In this document: positions 9,084-19,512 of the stretch, piece by piece
Numbering within the stretch: position 1 is the first letter of the stretch
How the letters are laid out: the number at the start of each line of letters is the position of its first letter
Assembly (NCBI GenBank): GCA_021800795.1
Contig: JAJYYO010000010.1
Location: 80 to 64,079 of the forward strand
Direction of reading: 5' to 3'
Length of the DNA: 64,000 nt
Source of the DNA: Pseudomonadota bacterium
GTDB lineage: Bacteria > Pseudomonadota > Gammaproteobacteria > Burkholderiales > Gallionellaceae
The notes under the pieces: model-generated
Told to the model about the DNA's origin: nothing
Database searches by the model: none
Seen by the model: the letters and a program-made list of their open reading frames with translations, nothing else
Translations under genes and position numbers: made by a program

Positions 9084-9599
9084 TCAACGTATCAATTCCT
9101 GAATCTTGCGGTTCGCGCCCTGCAGTTTTTTGAACAGCGCCAGCAGCAGTGCTTTATCCATATAGGATTTGACTGTGGCATTGCTTTGCAATCGCGCGAT
9201 GCCGGTTTTGTCGATTTCTGCAACGATCAGCTCTCCATCGGCGACGACGGTCGCCGAGCGTGAAATGCTTCCGCTGGCAAAGAAAGTCCCCTCGCCTATG
9301 CATTCTCCGCTGACTATTTTACCGACTATTTTTTTGTCGCAGTAAACGGTGACCGTGCCGAACAGCACGACGTAGAAGGTATTTGAATCATCTCCTTCCG
9401 AGGTGAGGCAGTCATTAGCGGTAAATTTGCGGATTTCGGCCTGTTCGGAGATGAGCTTCAGCCATTCGCCGGGAACGGGATCGAAAAAAGAACACTTGCG
9501 TAATTCTCGCAAACGTTCGCTTGCATCGTCGTCAAGGCGCTTGGTGAAATTGGCAAGACTGGCCTCGATGGATAGCATGGCGTCGTCGAAGTTGTTCAT
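9084..9599 (-). CDS. cyclic-nucleotide-binding domain protein
   Basis: FYVVLFGTVTV, GECIGE, RSATVVA; start taken at MNNFDD. Confidence 0.8.
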   Translation of the reverse strand: MNNFDDAMLSIEASLANFTKRLDDDASERLRELRKCSFFDPVPGEWLKLISEQAEIRKFTANDCLTSEGDDSNTFYVVLFGTVTVYCDKKIVGKIVSGECIGEGTFFASGSISRSATVVADGELIVAEIDKTGIARLQSNATVKSYMDKALLLALFKKLQGANRKIQELIR

Positions 9600-9677
9600 T
9601 TTTGTCCCCTGTGCTGATCTATCCGTAATCTGTGCGTAACTTATCACAAGCCGCAACCGGCGTATATTAATTCGCGC

Positions 9678-10352
9678 TCAAACCGCAGTCACGCCTTTCG
9701 GCGAGATAGCTACGCGGTCATCATGAGCTGCCAGTACGCTCATTTTACGCAATACGATTTTCCGGAACCAGCCGCTTGCCAGCAGCGGCTCATCGCTGAT
9801 GACTTCGAGTTCCGGCGTGGCGAGCAAGACTTCCTCGAATACCACATCCATGCGGGTGGCGATGCGGCGAGAGAGAGGGTTAAGCAAGCGGCGCAGGGGC
9901 GCAGATTGCCCGGGCCGCAGGAATTTGTCGAGCAGGATGATGCCGCCGCCGGGCTTCAAGACGCGTGCGGCTTCAGTCAGGCATCGCGCGGGTTCCGGCA
10001 CCACGGCGGTAATCAGGTGCAGCACGACATGGTCGAAGTGCTCGTCGCTAAAGGGTAAGGCCATGCTGTCGCCCAGCACCCAGTCCACCTGCAAATGGGC
10101 GCCGCGAGGGCGGGCTCGGGAGAGCATCGCCGCATTGAAATCGAGCGCGGTATAGTGATGCAGGGCAGGCAAGAAAGGCAGATCCAGACCCGTGCCGACA
10201 CCGCTCAATAACACCTTTCCAGCCGTGTCGACCGGCAAGGCGCGCAGCGATTGTTTGCGCGGTTCTCGCATCGCGCGTTCGATGACGGCATCGTAGATCG
10301 GCGCGATCAGGCTGTAGCTGCTGCGTAACCGGGGATTGCGAAGATAACTCAT
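9678..10352 (-). CDS. class I SAM-dependent methyltransferase (PmtA-like)
   Basis: [34 protein letters not shown]. Confidence 0.8.
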   Translation of the reverse strand: MSYLRNPRLRSSYSLIAPIYDAVIERAMREPRKQSLRALPVDTAGKVLLSGVGTGLDLPFLPALHHYTALDFNAAMLSRARPRGAHLQVDWVLGDSMALPFSDEHFDHVVLHLITAVVPEPARCLTEAARVLKPGGGIILLDKFLRPGQSAPLRRLLNPLSRRIATRMDVVFEEVLLATPELEVISDEPLLASGWFRKIVLRKMSVLAAHDDRVAISPKGVTAV

Positions 10353-11209
10353 GTCGTGTAATCCAGGGCGATGCCGGCGAAGACAGCAGCGCCGAACCAG
10401 TTGTTATGCAGGAATGCCTTGAAGCAGGCTTCGCGGTTTCTGTTTTTGATGAGCGAGTAGTGATACAGCGCGATGGCGGATGCGATTGCCAGTCCGGCGT
10501 AATACAAGCCGCCCAGATGCGCAATTTTACCTGCCCAGGCCAATAATGCCAGCGTCGCGGCATAACAGCCCATCACCGCCGTCACGTCGTATTTGCCGAA
10601 AAACAGCGCCGATGAGTGGATGCCCAGATGAATGTCGTCATCCCTGTCCACCATCGCGTATTCGGTATCGTAGGCGATCGACCAGAACATGTTCGCGCTT
10701 AAAAGTATCCACGCTACAGGCGGTACGGCATTCAGCTGGGCGGCAAAGCTCATCGGGATGCCGAAGCCGAACGCGATGCCCAGATAGGCTTGCGGAATGG
10801 CCAGAAAGCGCTTGGTGAACGGATAGCTGCCGGCCAGAAAGACCGCCGGAACAGACAGCAACAGAGTCAGCGTATTGAGCGGCAGTATCAGCAGGAAGGA
10901 AATAACGGCAAGCGTCGCTGCCAGCCACAAGGCTTCGCGTGGCGTAATGCGTCCGCTGGTGACGGGGCGGTTTTGTGTGCGTTCGACATGACGGTCTATG
11001 TCGCGGTCGGCATAGTCGTTGATCGCGCAACCTGCCGAGCGCATCAGCAGGGTACCCAGCGTAAAGATCAGCACGATGTGCCAGGCCGGTGTGCCGCCGC
11101 CTGCGATCCATATTCCCCACAGCGTCGGCCATAACAAGAGCAGGATGCCGATGGGGCGATTCAGCCGGGTGAGCTGCATATACAGCGATAAGCGTTCAAT
11201 AAAAGTCAT
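10349..11209 (-). CDS. ubiA: 4-hydroxybenzoate octaprenyltransferase
   Basis: [16 protein letters not shown]...[19 protein letters not shown]. Confidence 0.96.
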   Translation of the reverse strand: MTFIERLSLYMQLTRLNRPIGILLLLWPTLWGIWIAGGGTPAWHIVLIFTLGTLLMRSAGCAINDYADRDIDRHVERTQNRPVTSGRITPREALWLAATLAVISFLLILPLNTLTLLLSVPAVFLAGSYPFTKRFLAIPQAYLGIAFGFGIPMSFAAQLNAVPPVAWILLSANMFWSIAYDTEYAMVDRDDDIHLGIHSSALFFGKYDVTAVMGCYAATLALLAWAGKIAHLGGLYYAGLAIASAIALYHYSLIKNRNREACFKAFLHNNWFGAAVFAGIALDYTT

Positions 11210-11922
11210 TTCAGGATCGAGGATCGAGGATCGAGGATCGAGGATCGAGCGTGAGGCGGCGCTGTCACACGATCCTCAATCCTCAATCCTAGATTTAATA
11301 TGCCGGGCAAAAACACTTCCGTGACCAGCAGCGGTTTATTGTGCAGATAAAACAGGGATCTGCGCGCCCAAAGCCTGCCAGGCGGATAGGACAATATGCC
11401 AGCTGCGCGCCGGTACAGCGGATGATGCGGGTGCAAGGCCTTGTAATGCAATGGCAGACGGGCAACCATCGGATGCGAGAACAGCAGCGCGCCCAGCGGT
11501 TTGTTGCCAAGGTTGCGCAAACCCTGCCAAGCTCCGCGCAACGCTGTGGCAGCGCAGGCGCTGTGCGCAAATACCACGGGTTGCTTATCGGCGCACAGGA
11601 AAACTTCGCGCGACCAGGCAAGCTGCCTGGTGGCGATCCCCAGCAGTGCCGATTCATCCGGTGCAATGAGCGCCAGGCCGCTCTTCACGTTGCGCACGGA
11701 AAAATGCTCGCAGTGCTGCATAATGCGCTGCGTCAGCGAACCGCGGTCACGCAGCCAGGGCAGCAATTCTGCTCCGGCTCCCAATGTCGCGCTGCTCCAG
11801 AATGTGTCGTTCATGTGAAACTCGCGCAAGCGTTCGTTTGCCTCCTCGCCCTTTGGGAGAGGGTTGGGGTGAGGGAAGCGGGCATCATGGTTTTTATTAT
11901 CAGAGGTTGCATACTTTTTCAT
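11206..11922 (-). CDS. ubiC: chorismate pyruvate-lyase with repeat-derived termini (core may start at 11814)
   Basis: [48 protein letters not shown]. Confidence 0.92.
   Translation of the reverse strand: MKKYATSDNKNHDARFPHPNPLPKGEEANERLREFHMNDTFWSSATLGAGAELLPWLRDRGSLTQRIMQHCEHFSVRNVKSGLALIAPDESALLGIATRQLAWSREVFLCADKQPVVFAHSACAATALRGAWQGLRNLGNKPLGALLFSHPMVARLPLHYKALHPHHPLYRRAAGILSYPPGRLWARRSLFYLHNKPLLVTEVFLPGILNLGLRIEDRVTAPPHARSSILDPRSSILK
11214..11290. repeat. inverted heptamer arrays in the ubiC C-terminus
   Basis: (GGATCGA)x5 at 11214-11248 facing gatcctcaatcctcaatcct at 11271-11290. Confidence 0.9.
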
Positions 11923-11930
11923 GCTCGCTA
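11815..11930. mobile_element. family-A element, copy 2 (recG-ubiC junction)
   Basis: gtgaaactcgcgcaagcgttcgtttg...gggagagggttggggtgaggg...attatcag...catgctcgcta; contains the recG stop and an in-frame ATG. Confidence 0.8.
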
Positions 11931-14087
11931 TACGTGCAAATAGTCATGTTTGTTTGCCATCCAGCGATGCAAGTAGCCGCGCGCAGCCTCCGGATAGTCG
12001 CGCAGCAACTGATCGGCGACATCCCTTGCCATGTTCAATAAATCTTCGTCAGTTTCTATATTGGCAAAACGCAACATCGCCATGCCGCTTTGCCGTGCGC
12101 CGAGCAGTTCGCCCGGACCCCGCAATTGTAAGTCCTGTTGGGCAATCGCGAAGCCGTCCGTGTTCTCGAAAATGACTTTCAGGCGTGTACGGGCCAGTTC
12201 GGACAGCGGTTTCTGATAAAGCAGGATGCACAGGCTTTGCGCCGCGCCGCGTCCCACGCGTCCGCGCAACTGATGCAGCTGTGCCAGCCCCATGCGTTCG
12301 GCATGATCGATCACCATCAGGCTGGCATTCGGTACATCCACGCCGACTTCGATGACGGTGGTTGCGACCAGCAACTGGAGTTCGCCGGTCTTGAATGCGG
12401 CCATCACGCGCACCTTTTCGCTGCTGTCCATCTTGCCGTGTACCAGGCCCACGCGCAGTTCGGGGAAAGTCCCGGTGAGCATTTGGTGTGTTTCCAGCGC
12501 ATTTTGCAATTGCAGCACTTCGGATTCGTCGATCAACGGGCACACCCAATAGGCCTGCTGTCCGGTCATGCAGGCGGCGCGCACCCGCTCGAATACCTCG
12601 TCGCGGCGCGCTTCGCTGACCAGTTTGGTAATCACCGGGGTGCGACCCGGCGGCAATTCGTCTATCACCGATACGTCCAGATCGGCGTAATAGCTCATCG
12701 CCAGCGTGCGCGGAATCGGCGTGGCGCTCATCATCAGCTGATGCGGTTCGGCGGATTTAAATTGTTCATCAGGCCGTTCGTGGTGAGCTTGTCGAACCCT
12801 CTGCGCAGTAAATTCATTCCCTTCGACTAGCTCAGGCGGGTGTCCGACCACCAGGTTTATGGGGCGAACGGATTTTTCGGTCTTGCCTTTGGCATGAAGG
12901 GCCAGGCGCTGCTGTACGCCGAACTTGTGCTGCTCGTCCACGATCGCGAGCCCCAGTTTGTGGAAACTGATCTGTTGCTGGAACAGCGCATGCGTGCCGA
13001 TGGCAAGCAGCGTTTCGCCCGATGCGATTTTGTCTGAGGCTACCCGCTTGTCTTTTTTCTTCAGGCTGCCGGACAGCCAGACCGGCGTCACGCCTAGCGG
13101 CGCCAGCCAGTCACCGAGTTTCAGGTAATGCTGCTCGGCCAGAATTTCGGTGGGTGCCATGAAGGCGACCTGATAGCCGTTCTCGATGGCTTGCAAGGCT
13201 GCGAGTGCGGCGACGATGGTCTTGCCGCTGCCCACATCGCCCAGCAGCAGACGTTGCATCGGATGCGGTTTTGCCAGATCGCGGCTGATTTCGCTGAATA
13301 CTTTCTGCTGTGCGCCGGTCAGTTTGAACGGCAGGTTTTTCAGGAGTGCCGCGGTGTAACGGCCCGTCTGTTTGAGAGCAGGCGCCACGCGATTGCTGCG
13401 TTCACGATGATGCACGCGCATCGAGAGTTGCTGGGCCAGCAACTCGTCGAACTTGATGCGTCGCCAGGCGGGATGCGTGCGTTCTTCCAGAGAACTCGCA
13501 GCAATATCCGGCATAGGGTTATGCAGCACATTAAGGCTCTCTGAAAACCCGAGCAAATTCAAGTTGTTGCAAATTTCCTCAGGCAGGTAGTCCGGCGTAG
13601 GCAGCACTTCGAGTGCGTTGGCGATCAGTTTGCGCAACGCGGTTTGCGACAGTCCGGCTGTGGCAGGATATACCGGCGTCAGACTGGTTTGCAACGGTGT
13701 CTCGTCGTTCACCGCACGGCATTTCGGATGCACCATCTCCAGTCCGTAATAACCCATGCGCACCTCGCCGACGGCGCGTATCTGATTATCCACGGCCAGC
13801 AGTTTTGTCTGGCTGGGATAGAAATTAAGAAAGCGCAGATACAGCTCGCCGCTTGCGTCCTGCAGGCGGCAGATCAGCGTGCGGCGCGGGCGGTGGGTAA
13901 TCCCGGCGTGCGTGATGACGCCCTGTACCTGTGCGGTTTCGCCGGGTTCCACGGCCGCAATCGGCGCGAGATGGGTTTCGTCCTCGTAACGGATCGGCAG
14001 ATGCAGCAACAGATCGGCACGATGGTGGATGCCCAGCTTCGCGAGATTCGCCAGCGTGGCAGGAGAGATTTTCGCGGGGGAGGTCAA
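11928..14087 (-). CDS. recG: ATP-dependent DNA helicase RecG
   Basis: GDVGSGKT, DEQH, MSATPIPRT, QLHQLRGRVGRG. Confidence 0.97.
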   Translation of the reverse strand: MTSPAKISPATLANLAKLGIHHRADLLLHLPIRYEDETHLAPIAAVEPGETAQVQGVITHAGITHRPRRTLICRLQDASGELYLRFLNFYPSQTKLLAVDNQIRAVGEVRMGYYGLEMVHPKCRAVNDETPLQTSLTPVYPATAGLSQTALRKLIANALEVLPTPDYLPEEICNNLNLLGFSESLNVLHNPMPDIAASSLEERTHPAWRRIKFDELLAQQLSMRVHHRERSNRVAPALKQTGRYTAALLKNLPFKLTGAQQKVFSEISRDLAKPHPMQRLLLGDVGSGKTIVAALAALQAIENGYQVAFMAPTEILAEQHYLKLGDWLAPLGVTPVWLSGSLKKKDKRVASDKIASGETLLAIGTHALFQQQISFHKLGLAIVDEQHKFGVQQRLALHAKGKTEKSVRPINLVVGHPPELVEGNEFTAQRVRQAHHERPDEQFKSAEPHQLMMSATPIPRTLAMSYYADLDVSVIDELPPGRTPVITKLVSEARRDEVFERVRAACMTGQQAYWVCPLIDESEVLQLQNALETHQMLTGTFPELRVGLVHGKMDSSEKVRVMAAFKTGELQLLVATTVIEVGVDVPNASLMVIDHAERMGLAQLHQLRGRVGRGAAQSLCILLYQKPLSELARTRLKVIFENTDGFAIAQQDLQLRGPGELLGARQSGMAMLRFANIETDEDLLNMARDVADQLLRDYPEAARGYLHRWMANKHDYLHV
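12774..12871. repeat. palindromic element in frame in recG
   Basis: ccgttcgtggtgagcttgtcgaacc...ccttcgactagctcagg...gcgaacgg, read as PELVEG...VRQAHHER. Confidence 0.85.
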
Positions 14088-14120
14088 TGCACTCTCTTGC
14101 CTGATGAGCGGCGGTGCAAG

Positions 14121-14507
14121 TCAGCTCTGAATGACCAGCACGCCGTCCATTTCCACCAGTGCGCCACGAGGAAGCGCTGCGACACCCACCGCAGCACGCG
14201 CAGGGTAGGGTTGCTGGAAATAGCCCGCCATGATTTCGTTCACCTTGGCGAAATTCTTGAGATCGATCAGAAACACATTCAGTTTTACAAGGTCGCTCAG
14301 ACTCCCGCCGGATGCGGCGGCTACGGCGCGCAGGTTCTGGAATACGCGGTGTATCTGTTCGTCTATGCCTTCCACCATCTGCATGGTGGCGGGATCGAGG
14401 CCGATCTGGCCTGAAAGATACACGGTGTCCTTTACGCGTATCGCCTGAGAATAGGTGCCGATTGCGGCGGGGGCGTCAGGGGTCTGGATGAATTGTCTGT
14501 TTGGCAT
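14121..14507 (-). CDS. RidA/Rid family enamine deaminase
   Basis: [31 protein letters not shown]. Confidence 0.9.
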   Translation of the reverse strand: MPNRQFIQTPDAPAAIGTYSQAIRVKDTVYLSGQIGLDPATMQMVEGIDEQIHRVFQNLRAVAAASGGSLSDLVKLNVFLIDLKNFAKVNEIMAGYFQQPYPARAAVGVAALPRGALVEMDGVLVIQS

Positions 14508-14591
14508 GTTGAAAATCCTGTCTGTATGATGGTTGATCTCAGACGGCGATTATAACCGACGCGCGTATTTCAGCGGCTAACGCAAGCTTCG

Positions 14592-15038
14592 CTACACGGC
14601 AATCTTGAAGATCACCTTTCGAATAAAGCTATCGCTGACCAGCGGTGCGTGGGCATCTTCGGGGAAAAAGAGGCAGAAATGATCCGGCGGCGTGGCGACC
14701 CAGATTGACGGCGCATCGTTGAAGAATCGTATGTCGCGCTCCGCGCTGTATTCATCCACCGGGTCGTTGCAATCGGCCAGCGTCTTCCAGCCCATCTCGT
14801 CCGTTCCATCCAGCACCAGCTGAATGTCTATGTAACGGCGGTGACATTCCAGCTTTGCATCGTCGCGCGTGCGCCCCGGCACATGCTCCACGATGGCGAA
14901 CAGATCGTCGCCGACAATCTGATAAACGCCCGGCATCAGCGCATGCAGGTCCGTGTTGCGCATATACTCGAACGCGCGCGGAAACAGCGGATGCAGCGCC
15001 GCATAGCGGTCGGACTGGGAGAGGGTGGAGAAGATCAT
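14592..15038 (-). CDS. YhcH/YjgK/YiaL family protein
   Basis: LECHRRYIDIQ, FFPEDAHAP, KVIFKIAV. Confidence 0.88.
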   Translation of the reverse strand: MIFSTLSQSDRYAALHPLFPRAFEYMRNTDLHALMPGVYQIVGDDLFAIVEHVPGRTRDDAKLECHRRYIDIQLVLDGTDEMGWKTLADCNDPVDEYSAERDIRFFNDAPSIWVATPPDHFCLFFPEDAHAPLVSDSFIRKVIFKIAV

Positions 15039-15071
15039 GGATTAGGCGCTTCCAATCAGGTTGGGTTATGC

Positions 15072-16421
15072 TTATAAAAACCTTGCAATCATGCCTTTAG
15101 ATAAATCGCCCTGCAACGGTATCTGAACTTTATGGCCGCTGCCGGGGGCGGTCGTGATGGATTCGCCCTTTGCGCTTTTCATATTGGAAAGTTCGATGAT
15201 CCGGTTGCCGGAAGGGTGGATGATCTCCAGCCTGTCGCCGACCTGAAACCGGTTTTTCACATCGATCTCCGCATAGCCGCCTGCGCAGGATACGATATCG
15301 CCGACATATTGCTGGCGGGTGCTCTCGGAGTGACCGCGCATATAGTTCTGCTGTTCGTGAGTATGATGTCGCTCGTAAAAACCGTCGGTGTAGCCGCGGT
15401 TCGCCAGCGCATCCAGCGCACCCAGCAGGTTCAAATTGAATGGACGGTTGGCTACCGCATCGTCGATCGCCTGACGATACACCTGAGCGGTGCGCGCAAC
15501 GTAATAGATGGATTTGGTGCGGCCTTCGACTTTCAAGGAATCGATGCCGATCTTTGTCAATCGTTCGACATGTTCCACCGCGCGCAGGTCCTTGGAATTC
15601 ATGATGTAGGTGCCGTGCTCGTCTTCCATCACCGGCATCAGCTCGTCCGGGTGATCCTGGCGCGAGATCACATACACGCGGTCGGCCATCGGATGACGCG
15701 GTTGTCCGCCGCAATCGGACAGCGCGGACTGGCTCAGTGCCTTGTCGAAATCGAAGTCCAGCTTTTCCACATCGCCGGTACCGTTCTCCTCGGCATTGTC
15801 CATCTTGTAATCCCAGCGGCAGGAGTTGGTACAGGTGCCCTGATTGGCATCGCGATGATTGAAGTAACCGGACAGCAGGCAGCGCCCCGAATAGGCGATG
15901 CACAGCGCACCATGCACAAACACTTCGAGTTCCATGTCCGGGCATTGCTGGCGGATTTCCTCGATCTCGTCCAGCGACAACTCGCGCGACAAAATCACGC
16001 GGGTGAGTCCCAGCGACTGCCAGAATTTCACCGCCGCGTAATTGACGGTATTGGCCTGTACGGACAAGTGCACCGGAATTTCCGGCCAGCGTTCGCGCAC
16101 CATTGCGATCAGCCCCGGATCGGCCATGATCAGTGCGTCGGGGCGCATGCTGATCACGGGCTCCATGTCGGCCATGTAAGTCTTCACCTTGGCGTTGTGC
16201 GGCATCAGGTTGCTGGCGACGAACAGTTTCTTGCCCAGCGCATGAGCCTCGGCTATGCCGGTTTGCAATTCTTCGAGCTTGAATTCGTTGTTCCTTGCCC
16301 TGAGTGAATAGCGCGGCTGTCCGGCATACACGGCGTCCGCGCCGAAAGCATAGGCGGCGCGCATCTTGTCCAAGGTGCCTGCCGGCAACAACAGTTCGGG
16401 TGCGCGCAAGGTGTTCATCAA
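15072..16421 (-). CDS. trhP: U32-family tRNA 5-methoxyuridine hydroxylation protein (YegQ/TrhP)
   Basis: PELLLPAG, HGALCIAYSGRCLLSGY, NQGTCTNSCRW, SLKVEGR. Confidence 0.88.
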   Translation of the reverse strand: MMNTLRAPELLLPAGTLDKMRAAYAFGADAVYAGQPRYSLRARNNEFKLEELQTGIAEAHALGKKLFVASNLMPHNAKVKTYMADMEPVISMRPDALIMADPGLIAMVRERWPEIPVHLSVQANTVNYAAVKFWQSLGLTRVILSRELSLDEIEEIRQQCPDMELEVFVHGALCIAYSGRCLLSGYFNHRDANQGTCTNSCRWDYKMDNAEENGTGDVEKLDFDFDKALSQSALSDCGGQPRHPMADRVYVISRQDHPDELMPVMEDEHGTYIMNSKDLRAVEHVERLTKIGIDSLKVEGRTKSIYYVARTAQVYRQAIDDAVANRPFNLNLLGALDALANRGYTDGFYERHHTHEQQNYMRGHSESTRQQYVGDIVSCAGGYAEIDVKNRFQVGDRLEIIHPSGNRIIELSNMKSAKGESITTAPGSGHKVQIPLQGDLSKGMIARFL

Positions 16422-17332
16422 TTTGAAACTCGCGTAAGCGTTCGTTTGTCCCCTCCCCCCTCGGGGGAGGGTTGGGGTGAGGGAAGTGTGCTATGCACGT
16501 TGGATAATCCCAGTCTTTCGCATATCGCCAGGCAGGGTTTCGCCTGATTGAGCGTGTAGAAATGCAGACCGGGTGCGCCGCCGGTAAGCAGTTTTTCGCA
16601 CAGGCGGGTTACCACGTCCAGACCGAAGGCTTGCACGGATTCATTGTCGTCGCCAAAACCCTCCATGGTCTTGCGCATCCAGCGCGGGATTTCCGCACCG
16701 CAGGCATCCGAAAAACGCGCCAGTTGCGAATAGCGCACGATGGGCATGATGCCCGGAACGATGGGCGCAGTGACGCCCAGTTTCCGGCATTCGTCGACAA
16801 AGTGGAAATAGCTGTCGGCGTTGTAGAAGTACTGCGTGATCGCGGAATCGGCGCCCGCATCGATCTTGCGCTTGAAATTGAGAATATCGTCGCGAGCAGA
16901 TTTTGCCTGCGGGTGAAACTCGGGGTAGGCGGCGACTTCCAGATGGAATTGCTCGCCGGTCTCGCTGCGGATGAATTGTACCAGTTCGTTGGCATACTGA
17001 AATTCACCGGCGGTTGCCATGCCGGAGGGCAGGTCGCCACGCAATGCGACGATGCGGCGGATTCCAGCATCGCGATAAGTCTTGAGTATGGTGCGGATAT
17101 TCTCGCGGGTGGAGCCGACGCAGGACAGGTGCGGCGCCGCCTGAAAACCTTCTGCCTTGATTTGTATCACGGTTTCCAGCGTGCGGTCGCGTGTCGAACC
17201 GCCTGCGCCGAAGGTTACCGAGAAGAATTCGGGATGCAGCGTCGCCAGTTGTGTGCGGGTGCTGGCGAGTTTTTCCACGCCTTCATCGGTCTGGGGCGGA
17301 AAAAATTCAAAACTGATATGTGAGTTGCTCAT
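16418..17332 (-). CDS. metF: 5,10-methylenetetrahydrofolate reductase with repeat-derived C-terminal tail
   Basis: SFEFFPP, SVTFGAGG, ALRGD, ITQYFY, HFYTLN. Confidence 0.96.
   Translation of the reverse strand: MSNSHISFEFFPPQTDEGVEKLASTRTQLATLHPEFFSVTFGAGGSTRDRTLETVIQIKAEGFQAAPHLSCVGSTRENIRTILKTYRDAGIRRIVALRGDLPSGMATAGEFQYANELVQFIRSETGEQFHLEVAAYPEFHPQAKSARDDILNFKRKIDAGADSAITQYFYNADSYFHFVDECRKLGVTAPIVPGIMPIVRYSQLARFSDACGAEIPRWMRKTMEGFGDDNESVQAFGLDVVTRLCEKLLTGGAPGLHFYTLNQAKPCLAICERLGLSNVHSTLPSPQPSPEGGGDKRTLTRVSN
16424..16502. mobile_element. family-A element, copy 3 (truncated, forms metF 3' end)
   Basis: tgaaactcgcgtaagcgttcgtttgtcc...gggggagggttggggtgaggg. Confidence 0.8.
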
Positions 17333-17682
17333 TATTTTCTCATCAATTGTGCTGCGGCTGCGGACAGTGCCCAGGAAAACACGCTGTAGAGCAATGCGCC
17401 CAGTACGCCGTGCCAGAAGCTGTCGACCAGAAAGCCGCGTAATACCGAACCTACCAGCCAGAACAGCAGGCCGTTGATCACGAAGATGAACAGGCCCAGG
17501 GTGAGCAGCGTGACCGGCAGGGTGAGCAGCAGCAGGACGGGGCGGATCAGCGTATTGACCAGCCCCAGCAGGAATGCAGCCATCAGTGCGGCGGCAAAGC
17601 CGTCAACATGGATGCCCGGCACGTAATTCGCCACGGCGATCAGCGCCAGTGCGTTCAGTATCCAGATCAGTAGAAGCTTCAT
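17332..17682 (-). CDS. four-TM membrane protein (YvlD / 'phage holin family')
   Basis: GLVNTLIRPVL, LLTLGLFIFVING; usual position between ahcY and metF. Confidence 0.8.
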   Translation of the reverse strand: MKLLLIWILNALALIAVANYVPGIHVDGFAAALMAAFLLGLVNTLIRPVLLLLTLPVTLLTLGLFIFVINGLLFWLVGSVLRGFLVDSFWHGVLGALLYSVFSWALSAAAAQLMRK

Positions 17683-17685
17683 GTA

Positions 17686-17757
17686 GGATTGAGGATTGAG
17701 GATTGAGGATTGAGAGAAAACCGGTTGTTTTTATCTCAATCCTCGCTCCTCGATCCT
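17686..17757. repeat. inverted heptamer arrays
   Basis: (GGATTGA)x4 facing ctcaatcctcgctcctcgatcct. Confidence 0.85.
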
Positions 17758-17760
17758 GTT

Positions 17761-19173
17761 TTAGTATCGGTAGTGGTCCGCCTTGTACGGGCCTTCCTTG
17801 GGTACGCCGATGTAGGCCGCCTGCTGGTCGGTCAACTCGGAAAGCTGCGCATTGAGCGTCGTCAGTTGCAGACGCGCGACTTTCTCGTCCAGGTGCTTGG
17901 GCAGCGTGTATACGCCGATCGGATATTCGGCCGTGCGTGTAAAGAGTTCGATCTGCGCGATGGTCTGGTTGGCGAAGGAGGAAGACATCACGTAGGACGG
18001 ATGACCGGTGCCGCAACCCAGGTTTACCAGACGACCTTCGGCCAGCAACAGGATACGGCGGCCAGACGGGAAGATCACGTGATCGACCTGCGGCTTGATG
18101 TTTTCCCACTGATATTGCTTCAATGAGGCAACATCGATTTCGTTGTCGAAGTGGCCGATGTTGCAGACAATAGCCTGGTTTTTCATCTTTACCATGTGGT
18201 CGTGGGTGATCACATGGTAGTTGCCGGTGGTGGTGACAAAGATGTCGCCGTGCTCGCAGGCGTAATCCATGGTTACCACGCGATAGCCTTCCATCGCCGC
18301 CTGCAGTGCGCAGATCGGGTCGATTTCCGTGACCCATACCTGGGCGGACAGCGCGCGCATGGCTTGTGCACAACCTTTGCCCACATCACCGTAACCGATA
18401 ATGACAGCGACCTTGCCCGCGATCATCACATCGGTGGCGCGTTTGATGCCGTCTACCAGCGATTCGCGGCAGCCGTACAGGTTGTCGAACTTGGACTTGG
18501 TCACCGAGTCGTTTACGTTGATCGCAGGGAATTTCAACTCGCCGCGTTCGTGCATCTGGTACAAACGATGTACGCCGGTGGTGGTCTCTTCGGTCACGCC
18601 CTTGATGGCGGCAAGACGGGTGGAATACCAGGTTTTGTCGACAGCCAGCTTGGCCTTGATTGCGTTATACAGGCAGATTTCTTCTTCGGAACCCGGGTTG
18701 TTCAGCAGCGATGCGTCTTTTTCAGCGCGCGCGCCCAGATGCAGCAACAGCGTTGCATCGCCGCCGTCGTCCAGGATCATGTTGGACAGACCGCCGTCTT
18801 TCCATTCAAAGATGCGGTGGGTGTAATCCCAGTATTCGGCAAGCGTCTCGCCCTTGACCGCGAACACCGGCACGCCGGTCGCGACGATGGCGGCGGCGGC
18901 GTGATCCTGTGTGGAGTAGATGTTGCAGGAAGCCCAGCGCACTTCGGCGCCCAGCGCGGTCAGCGTTTCGATCAGCACGCCGGTCTGGATGGTCATGTGC
19001 AGCGAGCCTGTGATGCGTGCGCCTTTGAGGGGTTGGCTGGCGGCGTATTCCTTGCGGATGGCCATCAGGCCAGGCATTTCGATTTCGGCGATAGCCAGTT
19101 CCTTGCGTCCCCAGGCAGCCAGGGACATGTCGGCGACGATATAGTCGGTGAATCCGTTTGCAACAGCGTTCAT
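17761..19173 (-). CDS. ahcY: adenosylhomocysteinase
   Basis: [38 protein letters not shown]; RBS GGAG before 19173. Confidence 0.98.
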   Translation of the reverse strand: MNAVANGFTDYIVADMSLAAWGRKELAIAEIEMPGLMAIRKEYAASQPLKGARITGSLHMTIQTGVLIETLTALGAEVRWASCNIYSTQDHAAAAIVATGVPVFAVKGETLAEYWDYTHRIFEWKDGGLSNMILDDGGDATLLLHLGARAEKDASLLNNPGSEEEICLYNAIKAKLAVDKTWYSTRLAAIKGVTEETTTGVHRLYQMHERGELKFPAINVNDSVTKSKFDNLYGCRESLVDGIKRATDVMIAGKVAVIIGYGDVGKGCAQAMRALSAQVWVTEIDPICALQAAMEGYRVVTMDYACEHGDIFVTTTGNYHVITHDHMVKMKNQAIVCNIGHFDNEIDVASLKQYQWENIKPQVDHVIFPSGRRILLLAEGRLVNLGCGTGHPSYVMSSSFANQTIAQIELFTRTAEYPIGVYTLPKHLDEKVARLQLTTLNAQLSELTDQQAAYIGVPKEGPYKADHYRY

Positions 19174-19205
19174 AAAAACTCCATTCATTGTGTTGGTTAA
19201 TGAAT

Positions 19206-19277
19206 AGGTGCCGTTGAAACAAAATCATTACTCCGAGCCTGACGGGGCGTTCAGAACCGCTGCAGCACCTCTCGGAG
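19206..19277 (-). promoter_or_regulatory. SAH riboswitch
   Basis: Minus strand ctccgagaggtgctgcagcgg...ccgtcaggctcggag...aacggcacct matches the SAH aptamer layout, directly upstream of ahcY. Confidence 0.9.
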
Positions 19278-19412
19278 GAGGCGGATTATAAACGCAAAAA
19301 ATATTTTTGGCTAAGTACTCAAATAATAGAATGATTCCAAATGCACAAAACCGTACTCAGACCAAAGTCCGGGTACGGTTTTGTGTGTGGAACAAGCGCC
19401 GCAGGCGTAGCC

Positions 19413-19442
19413 TTACAGGCCAGCGTCATTTAAGGTGTTTTG
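19413..19442 (-). pseudogene. recoded, internally deleted duplicate of the metK 3' end
   Basis: CAA AAC ACC TTA AAT GAC GCT GGC CTG TAA (QNT-LN-DAGL*) versus [15 protein letters not shown]. Confidence 0.65.
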
Positions 19443-19512
19443 GCTACAGCGCACATCTGCTACGCAGATATGTGCCTACGCCGAAATACTGACAAACCCC
19501 TACGGGGCGGGC

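Noticed and set aside
9678-9745. Terminus-cassette architecture at the methyltransferase 3' end (atgagc...gctcat, cgcc-gaaa-ggcg)
   Set aside because: The IR is only 6 bp and no duplicated terminus is found.
17332-17682. Prophage signal from the 'phage holin family' protein
   Set aside because: This is an ordinary membrane protein in the ahcY-metF operon with no phage genes nearby.
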